From positions 6,112,001 through 6,176,000 of the forward strand of contig OY760175.1 of assembly GCA_963663165.1 (NCBI GenBank): DNA of 64,000 nucleotides. Direction: 5' to 3'. Both the position numbers and the translations under genes were made by a program. The notes beneath the pieces are model-generated. The model did no database searches. It saw only the letters and a list, made by a program, of their open reading frames with translations, and was not told the DNA's origin. The DNA is from an uncultured Desulfospira sp. (GTDB lineage: Bacteria > Desulfobacterota > Desulfobacteria > Desulfobacterales > Desulfobacteraceae). This document shows positions 17,231-26,685 of this stretch, piece after piece; within the stretch, counting starts at the first letter, position 1; each line of letters opens with the position of its first letter.

Positions 17231-20200
17231 TTAATTGGCCGCAATATAGGTTTCAAAAATTTTTTCATGGGAAATGTATTTTTCCCGCTTAACGTCCTGA
17301 AGATAGAACCTTATGGCGTTGACCCGCTTGAGAATTTCGTCTTCGGCCCGTTTTCGCATGATTTTTTTGGTCTCGATGATATCTTCTTTCAGATGCGGGG
17401 CTTTATCGGCATCGTAATATTTTTCGGTCTTGTATTTGATTCGTTTTTCAATTAACTCTTCGCGCAGCTTGTTGTGGGCGTCATCTAAGAACAGCACCTC
17501 GGGCATGAGATCGGCAAAGTGGGTTACGGCAATAATATCCTTGTCCCGCTGCCAGTAGCCGATCAGAAATTCAGGTTCAAGATCCTGGTAGTTCAGCAAG
17601 GGCATGTACATCCGCCGCAGATAGAGCAGCACTTTTTCAGTTTTTTTCCGGTGCCCGCCGATGATGACCGACCCGCCGATTTCATCTTTTCTAACCCCTT
17701 TGGTCCAGGGGGCGCCGGTAATGCCGAAATCAATGCAAAGGGGAATCTGCAACAGGGCCGACATGGTATTCAGGGCCAGGGCATATCCGGCAGAGGGGCC
17801 GCCGACATTGTATGATGCGGACAGCAGCTGGTGGTGGATGGAATACCGCTTAAGAAAATCCCCGAACAGCCAGGGAATGCTGACATCCGGGCACAGGCCC
17901 TGGATATAGTTTTTCACCATGGTCAGGGCCTCCTGGGCCGACTGCTTGGTCATTTGGACGGCCATGTCCATCTGGGCGGTCTGGGCCGAGGCCGTGGCCA
18001 CTGCCCCGGTGACAATGATGGGGGCATTCTCAACCCGGCCGGTGAGGCTGGTGGCAATGGGCATAAGCATGCCGGTCATGTCGTTGGCCCCCACGCCAAT
18101 GATAAATCCCACCTGGGGCTCCTTGCTCAGCTCGGTTTCCAAAAATTCGTTGAGCTGGACAGATCCCTTGCGCACCGGACTCTGGGAGATCTCCCTCCGG
18201 GCCGATTCCAGATGGTCCACCACAATGGGATACTCTTCCTCCCGGGTGATGTGATCCACACTCTCCAGTATCCGGTCATAATGCTCCACAAAGTTTTTCA
18301 GGTCGTTTTTGATTTTGGATTTGATCAGGGGCGGGGCTTTAAGGGCGTCGAGAATGCCCAGGACGGTTTTAAAGTTAAGCTTGACAAAGTTGTACTTTTC
18401 ATCCCGGGTTGAGGATTTAAGGTCCCGAAGCTTGAGCAGGACTTTAAATTCCGTGCTGCAAAGGGCAATGGCCTTTTCCGTAAACGAGGTATAGTCGGCC
18501 GGGGTGTTGCAGATTCCCTGGGCGGTTTCAATGATTTTTTCAACTTCGAATTCCCGATTGTGGGGAACATTTTTGAATTGTTTTTTGATAATTTCAAAAA
18601 TATCTTTTTGTCGCATATGCCCTGATATTTCAAGGGTTTTCAGCCGCTTTGACCGGATCAGGGCCGGGTCCAGGATATCCAGGCGGTTGGTGGTCAGCAC
18701 GGTAAAGACCTTGTTTAACGGGATCTCGCCGTCAATGATGTTTAAAAATTTGTTGGTCAGGGCGTCTGACGGCTGGCCCCCGGTGCCGCTTCGTTTGGGG
18801 GCCAAGGCATCCCCCTCGTCAAAGAAGATCACCGTGGGGGCGATCATTTTGGCAATGTCATACACCTTTTCAAGATTGGAGACGGCGCCGTGAACCGGAC
18901 TTGACGGGTCCTGAAGGGCCGAGGGGCTGGTGGCGATATCATGGACCTTGGTATTAGAGGAGAGCCAGGTCCTGACCAGATAGGTCTTGCCTGATCCCGG
19001 GGGACCGGTCAGTACCACGCCCTTGTCTTCACTGACCCCGTAGTGGAAGCAGTTGTTGGCCATCTCGGAGAACTTGTCCTTGATATCGCCCACATACTCC
19101 TCCCAGTTCAGTTTCCGGTCCATCCGGTCCACCACCTTGTCGTACAATTCTCCGTATACGTTTTTGGCCACTAACTGGAAGGCGTTTCTGATCAGGACGG
19201 GATCATCTAAAAACTCAAGGACAAAATCCCCCTGGATGGTGATGACCGATTCAATGAGTTTTCGTACATAGGCCGGGCTGATCTTCAGGCTTCTTTCTTT
19301 AAAAACAGCATAGATTTTATCGGCGGCCTGGTCGAGCTTTTCCGAGTCAGGCTTAAACCGGGTGGGGATCTGGTGGCGCCGGGTTTCAAGGATAATGATT
19401 TTTTTTAGGTTTTCCCGGTTCATCCAGTATTTGGAGATGTCGATGATCACGCCTTTTTCCACGAACCGCCGGTAAATGGCAGAGTCAAATCGGTGGGTCT
19501 GGTCGCTGGTGGCAATCACAAAGCAGTCCCGCCGGCCGTCGATGATCTCATCTAAGACAATATTGGAGGTGTCGATGAGGGTTCGCTGCTGTTTTTCCGT
19601 TCCCCCGCTGCCGGCCCCGGATTCAGATTTTCCAAAGGCCGAGTGGGCCTCTTCAATGTGGCGGATGGACGTGACCTTGGGGTGGCCCATGGCCCGTTTA
19701 AAATAGTTGCCCGGCTCTCCGGACAGGGCGGTCTGGTAATCGTTGGGGGTGATGACGGACATGTCTACGGAAAGCCCTAAATCTTCAAAATCCGTCAGGT
19801 TGCTCATGATCCGTTTTCTGAAGATCCGTTTAAGGATGGGAATTTTGGCCAGGCGCCGGTAAAAGTCGGTTTTCTTTTTTTTGGCGATCTGCATGGCAAA
19901 TTCCGGGTCCACATCTTCAAGCTGGGTGAGCAGGCTGTGGCCCCCTAAAATTTCGTCCCGTTTTTTGCGCCAGTCCACTGTGGGGATCACCTCGTTTCTG
20001 AACACCACCTTTTCAAGGGCTTCCCTTGCCGTGGCGCTTTTCCCCGAGCCCGAAGTCCCTTCAATGAGGACGATGGGGGCTTTGGGAACGTTGGGGTCTT
20101 CCAAATGCTCTTTTCGGATATGAACCCGGTAAATTTTTTCAAAAATCTCCTCTAGCTCCATGGGCACGTGAAGGTCGGTCAGTTCCCTGTCCAGTACCGC

Positions 20201-20548
20201 GATAAGGTAGAGGTATTCCGCCTTGGTCAGTTCTTTTTCAATGATCCGGTTCCAGGAGGCGGCCGGGTTAATTTCCCCTGAATATAAAAATCGTTTTTTC
20301 CAGTCGGTTAAGATCTGGGGGTTGTTGAGAACATTCATCTGCTTTTGCCGTTTTTTCATGAAAAAAACGACGAAGAAAAGATTTTTCACCCAGGCAATGA
20401 ACCGGTTGGGCGGTTTATACTGGTTCAGGCGGGACCTGACAAAGGCCTTGGTGTCATAGGTCCAGGTTTCCACCATGGATTCAATTTTTGCAATGGCCTC
20501 TTCAGGCAGGGTAATGTATCTTTTTTCCTTTGTGGGTCGTTTGGCCAT
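17231..20548 (-). CDS. Tandem AAA+ ATPase fused to a C-terminal Lon-type (S16) protease domain
   Basis: D1: GTSGSGKS / IRHIEEAH / TSDQTHRFDSAIYRRF. D2: GPPGSGKT / IFFDEGD / TTNRLDILDPALIRSKRL. Lon-C: EPQVGFIIGV, IVTG, KQSAQEAL, IHHQ....GGPSAG, ITG, IGGHRKK. Likely ATG start at 20548. Confidence 0.85.
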   Translation of the reverse strand: MAKRPTKEKRYITLPEEAIAKIESMVETWTYDTKAFVRSRLNQYKPPNRFIAWVKNLFFVVFFMKKRQKQMNVLNNPQILTDWKKRFLYSGEINPAASWNRIIEKELTKAEYLYLIAVLDRELTDLHVPMELEEIFEKIYRVHIRKEHLEDPNVPKAPIVLIEGTSGSGKSATAREALEKVVFRNEVIPTVDWRKKRDEILGGHSLLTQLEDVDPEFAMQIAKKKKTDFYRRLAKIPILKRIFRKRIMSNLTDFEDLGLSVDMSVITPNDYQTALSGEPGNYFKRAMGHPKVTSIRHIEEAHSAFGKSESGAGSGGTEKQQRTLIDTSNIVLDEIIDGRRDCFVIATSDQTHRFDSAIYRRFVEKGVIIDISKYWMNRENLKKIIILETRRHQIPTRFKPDSEKLDQAADKIYAVFKERSLKISPAYVRKLIESVITIQGDFVLEFLDDPVLIRNAFQLVAKNVYGELYDKVVDRMDRKLNWEEYVGDIKDKFSEMANNCFHYGVSEDKGVVLTGPPGSGKTYLVRTWLSSNTKVHDIATSPSALQDPSSPVHGAVSNLEKVYDIAKMIAPTVIFFDEGDALAPKRSGTGGQPSDALTNKFLNIIDGEIPLNKVFTVLTTNRLDILDPALIRSKRLKTLEISGHMRQKDIFEIIKKQFKNVPHNREFEVEKIIETAQGICNTPADYTSFTEKAIALCSTEFKVLLKLRDLKSSTRDEKYNFVKLNFKTVLGILDALKAPPLIKSKIKNDLKNFVEHYDRILESVDHITREEEYPIVVDHLESARREISQSPVRKGSVQLNEFLETELSKEPQVGFIIGVGANDMTGMLMPIATSLTGRVENAPIIVTGAVATASAQTAQMDMAVQMTKQSAQEALTMVKNYIQGLCPDVSIPWLFGDFLKRYSIHHQLLSASYNVGGPSAGYALALNTMSALLQIPLCIDFGITGAPWTKGVRKDEIGGSVIIGGHRKKTEKVLLYLRRMYMPLLNYQDLEPEFLIGYWQRDKDIIAVTHFADLMPEVLFLDDAHNKLREELIEKRIKYKTEKYYDADKAPHLKEDIIETKKIMRKRAEDEILKRVNAIRFYLQDVKREKYISHEKIFETYIAAN

Positions 20549-20651
20549 CTGTCTTTCCTTCAAGCATGGGTTAGAAGTTCTTCCGAATCGGTTCCGGCCC
20601 CTTCATGAAACGCGTTTTTGCGTCCTTAAGGAAATGATATCCGGGGCGTTT

Positions 20652-21620
20652 TTAATTGCCGGCCTGTTGTTCGGTCCCGGAAGCGGTAACGCCGGGAGTG
20701 CCGGTGGCCGGGGAGGGCAGGGTGAGTGCCGGTGACTTCCCGCTGTCATGGAGGACAAAGGTTTTCTGGTTTGATTCGGTCTTCTCATAGGCGGTGGCCC
20801 ATTTTTGCTGGGATAAAAATTCAAACAGATTCGGGTTGACCTGACGGCCTTGTTGTCCGCCTAAGGCCAGGTGGAGGGCCTGGATGCCGTCAAGGTAGGC
20901 CTTGTATAGTTTTTTGATTCGCTGGGCTTCCTGGTCCGCCGCATAGTTATCCGCCTCTGCGATGAGCTGGCGCCGTTTTTTCTCTTCCGTGGCTTCCACT
21001 AACTTATCGCCGAACCGTGTTTCGTTGAGTACAAAACTGACCACCTCAATGCCGTACTTTCCCTCAAGGGTGGGGCCGTTCTGGTTGATGGGCCGGTTTT
21101 TCAGGGCATGGAAGATTTCTTCTTTAATGGTTTCCCTGTCCGAGATCAGCCGGTTGACCTCTTTGCCCTGTAAAATATCCTTGGCAATGCCGTCGTAATC
21201 GCCCTGGAGAAGGATCTCAGGGGATAGATTCTCAATGCCCCAGACCTTAAGGTCCTTGATCCGGAAAGTCATCAGCGCAGAGGTCCACAGGGCCACATTT
21301 TCCCGGGAAATGATCTTAATGGGGTCAGTGGCACCGCCAATGTACATGTTCTGGTTCATCAAGGGGACCTCTTTTTCCAGCCGGGTAAAAAACGGAAGCC
21401 TGAAATGCCAGCCCACATCGGTGACCGCCTGCCGTTTCCCCCCAAACTGTTCAAGGATCACCGCGTAGTTGAACTTGACTTTATAGATCACCTGGGTGGA
21501 ATACACCACGGCGGCCATGGAATAAATCAGGGCAAGGCTGACCAGTAAAAAAGCGAGTCTTCTCACCATGGTGAAAACCCGGGCCCGCTGCAGAAAAACT
21601 TCAGGTTGCTGTTCTTTCAT
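20652..21620 (-). CDS. SPFH (Band 7/prohibitin) domain membrane protein
   Basis: N-terminal TM segment, YAVILEQFGG...VGWHFRLPF, ISRENVAL, YGIEVVSF and an AEA coiled-coil; RBS GGAG. Confidence 0.88.
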   Translation of the reverse strand: MKEQQPEVFLQRARVFTMVRRLAFLLVSLALIYSMAAVVYSTQVIYKVKFNYAVILEQFGGKRQAVTDVGWHFRLPFFTRLEKEVPLMNQNMYIGGATDPIKIISRENVALWTSALMTFRIKDLKVWGIENLSPEILLQGDYDGIAKDILQGKEVNRLISDRETIKEEIFHALKNRPINQNGPTLEGKYGIEVVSFVLNETRFGDKLVEATEEKKRRQLIAEADNYAADQEAQRIKKLYKAYLDGIQALHLALGGQQGRQVNPNLFEFLSQQKWATAYEKTESNQKTFVLHDSGKSPALTLPSPATGTPGVTASGTEQQAGN

Positions 21621-22312
21621 ACCTGCTCCTTTGGTGTAAAGATAAATGTCGGGGTGCCGTTATAACCGGCGAAAAAAAACGTTTAAATGGGTAGATCTTC
21701 AACTTCAGGACGCGAACGAAGAGAAGCTGGTTTAATTAGGAAATTCAAGAATATAAAAAGTATACATGAAGAGTTGGTAATGGTCAAAACATATTTGTGT
21801 TCTCAACGTTAACCGTTGATTCCGGCCATGGCGGCACCGCATGGAAAAGTACAGGATGGGCGGTATACGGGTTAATTCCCCTGTCCTTCAGGTATGCCCG
21901 CGATCAAGATAAATGAGATAACTGAAGTCATATTCAGATGCCGGTTATTTGAACTGAATGTGAAATATTTTTCACAGGTTATTACCTTTTTTACCCAAAG
22001 TGTCCAAATTTTTTCTCTATAAAAAAGTTCATAAAAAATGCTTAAATCCCTTCTGTAAAGGGGAATAAACTTTTTGAGATTTGGTCTGATTTTTGCATAT
22101 TTATCCATTGATTATCCCAAAAAATGGTTTCCGGTCTATGGTAAATTTGCTTTTTTTACAGGCCGGTCATAGAAGAACATGAATGAAGAAATTTAAAAAA
22201 CGCTGTATTTGGAACGAGCTTTAAGATCGCTTTTCATATTGTGTCTCAGGTGTTCATGCAACAGGGCGGAAGGTTCGCCTTGTGTAACCATATAATCATA
22301 ATGGAGGAAATC

Positions 22313-22864
22313 ATGAAAATCAGGTTTTGGACGGTTTCTTTACTTTTTCTTCTTGTGGTAACAGTAAATCAAGCCGGGGCAGCTACATTTTTGACATCTG
22401 GGGACAGCGATTATTGGTTTAACGCTGTTCTCGGGTTAGAAACCACCGTGGGGACTTATAATATAGAAATAAGTTATATGATCGGCAGGGACTATGGCGG
22501 GAGCGTTGATGTTAATGAAACGGTGGCTTTGGCTATTGCCAGCGCACTTGTGAATGAGCTCAATTCCAATGCAATGGTTTACAGTTATGACGACTCATCC
22601 GTCGGCGCCGGTACCGGGACCACAAGCAGTTTTCTTCTGATCGGGTATAACTATCATCGCAATGATACTGGTGATACGGTGGACGTTGTCAAAATTTACA
22701 GGGCTGACGCGGCGCAGGCCAGTTCCTGGGCCTCAACCATTGTGAATAATTATGCAGGAGGAGCTTACACCAATTATGGAAGGGTTGCCCCGGTACCCGT
22801 GCCCGGAACGATTTTACTCTTTGGGATTTCTTTGCTCGGCATTGCCCGGATAAAACGGGCATAG
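22313..22864 (+). CDS. PEP-CTERM/VPxPx-CTERM sorting-domain surface protein
   Basis: Signal peptide after RBS GGAGG. C-terminus PVPVPGTILLFGISLLGIARIKRA. Confidence 0.8.
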   Translation: MKIRFWTVSLLFLLVVTVNQAGAATFLTSGDSDYWFNAVLGLETTVGTYNIEISYMIGRDYGGSVDVNETVALAIASALVNELNSNAMVYSYDDSSVGAGTGTTSSFLLIGYNYHRNDTGDTVDVVKIYRADAAQASSWASTIVNNYAGGAYTNYGRVAPVPVPGTILLFGISLLGIARIKRA

Positions 22865-22990
22865 GGGACTATCCTTCACTATGGGTCCGTTCCGGGGCCA
22901 CCTGGCAGCGGATGAAAAATTTGACTGCGCTCAGGGCCCTTGCCGCTTAAAGCGCCTGTTTTGGCCGGATGGTTATCATATGGGCCTGGT

Positions 22991-23142
22991 TTTTTATAAG
23001 AAACTGGAGACAAGAAACAAGAGACAAGAGGGCGAAGCACCTGCGGTGCCCAATTTATAGGCTACCGTTGCTGGTATCTTCAGTTTCATTATTCGTTGTG
23101 GGCTGTTCTTGGTTGGATAACCAAGACGGCCCGTGGCCGTTA
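22991..23142 (+). repeat. ~151-bp composite intergenic repeat, copy 1 (copy 2 at 35621-35771)
   Basis: The first 110 bp differ at only 2 positions from copy 2. It ends in a family A REP. Confidence 0.9.
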
Positions 23143-23196
23143 GTAGGGAAAATAATTCCTATCAAAAAGCCGTATTTGCCAAAGTGGAGAACCAGG

Positions 23197-24045
23197 CTAT
23201 TCGGCTTTTCCAAGGCCATAGTCCGTGGTGTATGCTTTCCAGGCCGCCAGGAGGGCTTTGGTTTTATCTCCGGGTTTTTTGTCCCGGATAACCAGGTCGT
23301 CCACCTGGATGACGGGGACGATTTCCTTGTTGGATGCGGTGATGAATACCTCATCCATGTGGTGTAATTCTGTCAGCGGAATGTGGTCCAGGGCAATATC
23401 ATAGGTGCCCTCGAGCAGTTCGATGACAGCGCCCCTGGTGACCCCGGGCAGGATCCGGTCCGGCGGCGTGATGACGGTGTTTCCCTTAAAGCAGAAGATA
23501 TTGGTGGTGGTGCCTTCAAGAAGTTGCCCGGCCTGGTTTTTGTAAATGGCTTCCACAGCCCCCTCCTTGCGGGCTTTCTGCTGGGCAAAAACCGCTGACA
23601 GGTAGTTGAGGCTTTTGGCTGTGGGGATGAACCGGTCCATGTCAACGGTGATGAGCTTGACGCCGTCGGTATACCACCATTCGGGCAGCTCATGCTTTGG
23701 CGTGACAAGGACCATGAGAATCCCGTTGCCCTGGGGGGTGACCCCGTCCGGGCTGATGCCGCCGGTGTAAACCATGCGGACATTGGATTCCCTGTGATGG
23801 GGGTTTTTGTCAAGGGTCTCCATGACAATGTCACAGATCTGGCTGTTGGAATGGTTCAGGGTCAGCCCGATTTCCCGGGCCGAGTTTTCCAGCCGGGCCA
23901 CGTGCTGTTTGAGACGGAACGGACGCCTGTTATAGGTGAGCAGAAAGTCAAACACGCCATACCCTCTCAATACCGTGATATCTTTTACCGAAAGTGCGGC
24001 CTTGTCTTCAGGTACAAATTCTCCGTCAATATAATAGGTGTCCAT
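23197..24045 (-). CDS. PLP-dependent aminotransferase class IV (branched-chain/D-amino-acid type)
   Basis: RGYGVFD, H..RL, AKSLNY, EGTTTNIF, ILPGVTR, DEVFITAS. ATG at 24045 follows an RBS. Confidence 0.92.
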   Translation of the reverse strand: MDTYYIDGEFVPEDKAALSVKDITVLRGYGVFDFLLTYNRRPFRLKQHVARLENSAREIGLTLNHSNSQICDIVMETLDKNPHHRESNVRMVYTGGISPDGVTPQGNGILMVLVTPKHELPEWWYTDGVKLITVDMDRFIPTAKSLNYLSAVFAQQKARKEGAVEAIYKNQAGQLLEGTTTNIFCFKGNTVITPPDRILPGVTRGAVIELLEGTYDIALDHIPLTELHHMDEVFITASNKEIVPVIQVDDLVIRDKKPGDKTKALLAAWKAYTTDYGLGKAE

Positions 24046-24268
24046 TTTATGTCCTTCCTTTATTGGTGAGTGCCGTTTGGTGCCCGGGCCCGGCCCGGAT
24101 ACGGCATTCGTCCTAACCATATCTGATATAGCAACAATGGCTCTGAGTCAAGGGGGGATTACGATTAATGGATAATAATTGTATTTTGATATGGAAAACA
24201 CATAAACAATAGCTAAAAATTGCGTTTTACATTATTTTTGCCGTCCTTTTTCCAGGCCGGCACAAGGG

Positions 24269-25441
24269 TTAATCCGGATAATACGACTTTGGGACAATGT
24301 CAAACCGGGTAAATGCCTGGATCATCTCCTTGATGGCGGCGGCGGTCCCCCTTTTTTCAAAGGGGGGGGTCATTTCCTGAATGGACCGGGAAAATTCAGG
24401 GGACAATGCCTTTAATACAGCCGACAGGATCCCGGATGCTTCCATGGCACAGTTGATGACGCTCAGGGGATGGGAAAGTTCCTTTAAACGGGTCCCGATA
24501 TTGACGGCCGGTGTTCCGGCGCTGGCACCTTCAATAAAGGCCGAAGCACTGTTCCCCGCCATGGCGGAACAATAGATAATAGCTCCCTTGGTATCCATGG
24601 GGCTCATTTGGGCCGGTTTAATGACCCTTCCGGGGATTTTGGGGGCAAAGGCATCAATTTTTTGATTGATCAGCCTGCCGATTCCCCGGTCCGGGGCTTT
24701 GGGGATGATATATTTATATGCCTCAAGGCTGGTGTCGGACAAGGCCTCAAATATTGAGTTCACCAGGGCGTCATTCCGGGACCCCAAGGCCTGGTCCGGC
24801 GACAGGTTGACCAGCATAAACCGGTCCCGGGGATCAAGCCCCATCTGGGCGCAGAATACCTCTTTGGGCAAAACCGCCTGCCGTTGAAAGGCCTCAACCG
24901 ATAGCGCACCGACATTGTAGACCCGGTCCGGATGTTCCCCAAAGTCAATCACCCGCTGCCGGTCCATTTCCGATGGGGTAAAGTGAAGGTTGCACAACTT
25001 GCTGATCCCATAGGTGAAGGTCTGTTCAAAAAGCCGTTCCGGCGGGTTGCCGGTCCGGATATGGGCCACCGGGATATCCAGGACCAGGGAACCGGCCATG
25101 GCGGCGGCAAAGGTATCGCAGGAAATGCCGGAAACCAGAAGGATGTCCGGTTGGATCTGCCTTAGAAGTTCACTGTATGCCAGGTACCGGGTGCTCAGGG
25201 AATGGTCCTTTCCGGAACTCAGGGACGGGGAAATGCAGACCGATGGTGTTAAGTGAATCGGGGCCTGTTCCATAAACCGGCAGGAAAAATCAAGCCCGCC
25301 GTCCCATACCCGGGTACCGGACAGGACGGTCAGGTCAAGGAATCCGTCTTCCCGGATGTCATCAATCAACGGGGTTAAAGTGTTTAATTCATCGGTATTG
25401 GCCGGGGCGATACAGATTCTTTTCATGGTCATCCTCTCCAT
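24269..25441 (-). CDS. UDP-N-acetylglucosamine 2-epimerase family protein (NeuC-like, divergent)
   Basis: PDILLV, IPVAHI, ISKL..LHF, GEHPDRVYNVGA, GNSAS..IEG....TPAVNIGTR. Confidence 0.75.
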   Translation of the reverse strand: MERMTMKRICIAPANTDELNTLTPLIDDIREDGFLDLTVLSGTRVWDGGLDFSCRFMEQAPIHLTPSVCISPSLSSGKDHSLSTRYLAYSELLRQIQPDILLVSGISCDTFAAAMAGSLVLDIPVAHIRTGNPPERLFEQTFTYGISKLCNLHFTPSEMDRQRVIDFGEHPDRVYNVGALSVEAFQRQAVLPKEVFCAQMGLDPRDRFMLVNLSPDQALGSRNDALVNSIFEALSDTSLEAYKYIIPKAPDRGIGRLINQKIDAFAPKIPGRVIKPAQMSPMDTKGAIIYCSAMAGNSASAFIEGASAGTPAVNIGTRLKELSHPLSVINCAMEASGILSAVLKALSPEFSRSIQEMTPPFEKRGTAAAIKEMIQAFTRFDIVPKSYYPD

Positions 25442-25713
25442 GGATTCCGGCGGCTCAAATCAAAGGTTAATTAAAGTTTTTCCACCGGGGAAATTTTTTC
25501 CTGGTTTTTCCTTTAAAAGAGGATTGTTGCATGAACCGTGCCGATTTAATTCTATTGGTTGCACAACTTGCAACTTGAAGGCCGTTGATTTATAATCCTG
25601 CTTCTTTGAATAGATTGTGAAGGGGCTGCCGCCGGCGGCCCGGTTTACGACGGGGGAAAGCCTGACCCCCTTGGGGCCCACATTTACAACCCTTTGGCTT
25701 TGGAATATGCCGT

Positions 25714-26178
25714 ATGACACTCATGGACAGCAACCTGGACGACCTGGAAGTAAAAATTGTCCAGGCCCTGCAAAAAGACGCCCGGAAATCTTTTAAAAGC
25801 ATTGCCGCAGATCTCAATGTGTCTGAAGGCACCATCAGCAACCGGGTCAACCGACTGATACAAAAGGACATCCTCAAGCTTGAGGCCAGAATCAATCCCT
25901 TTAACCTGACCAATAAGATTGCCGCCCTTCTAGGGCTTACCCTGGACCGCCGCTCCCATAACCAGACCCTCAAGGAAATACAAAAGCTGCCCAATGTCAA
26001 TGCGGTCTGGGTGACCACAGGCAAATACGATATCTTTGTGGAAGTCCTGGCCGATTCCATCAACGACTTAAATGATTTTATTTTCAACGGCGGGCTGAGC
26101 GAGATCGAAAACATCACCTCTACGGAAACCCATATCATGCTCCATTCGGATACCAAATTTTTCAGGATAAAGGACTGA
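25714..26178 (+). CDS. Lrp/AsnC family transcriptional regulator
   Basis: LQKDARKSFKSIA..LNVSEGTISNRV..L; VTTGKYDI; STETHI. Confidence 0.92.
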   Translation: MTLMDSNLDDLEVKIVQALQKDARKSFKSIAADLNVSEGTISNRVNRLIQKDILKLEARINPFNLTNKIAALLGLTLDRRSHNQTLKEIQKLPNVNAVWVTTGKYDIFVEVLADSINDLNDFIFNGGLSEIENITSTETHIMLHSDTKFFRIKD

Positions 26179-26364
26179 TCCCTGACAAACCGCCCGGGGT
26201 TTTCCTGCAACCCTTCTTTTGCAAAGTCAAGGTTGCATTTGTGCCTCTGCAGGGTCTTGGAAATACCCCGCCCGACACGGCCCCCTTGGGGTTGCTGCTT
26301 TCTCTGGTTTTATAACTATCCAGAATAAAAACATATATAAATGTCTGTTCTGCTCAAAATGGTG

Positions 26365-26380
26365 TGGCATGTTCCTTGCT
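26365..26380 (+). promoter_or_regulatory. Putative sigma-54 promoter upstream of the tmc operon
   Basis: TGGCAT-GTTCC-TTGCT matches the -24/-12 consensus TGGCAC-N5-TTGCW. Confidence 0.6.
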
Positions 26381-26685
26381 GTTCTTTACCAACCGGTCAC
26401 CAATCGGTGTCTGTCGATGCCAGGGCAACGGCGGCCGGAATGCGTCACCGGCCATGGCCGGCAGGCATTCAACAACAGGACCTGGAACCGGCGGTATACG
26501 GTTTGCCTGCCGGTGATGAATCTGTTTTAGAATTTGAATGTTTATTAAAAAAATGGTAGGGTATGGGAAAACAAACTGTATTTTAGCTAACCATTTGTTA
26601 TTACATATAAATATTTCAATTTTTAATAAGGCCGGACAGGATGCGGGGCATCAATTAATTTTTCTATATTCATTCGGAGAAAAAT

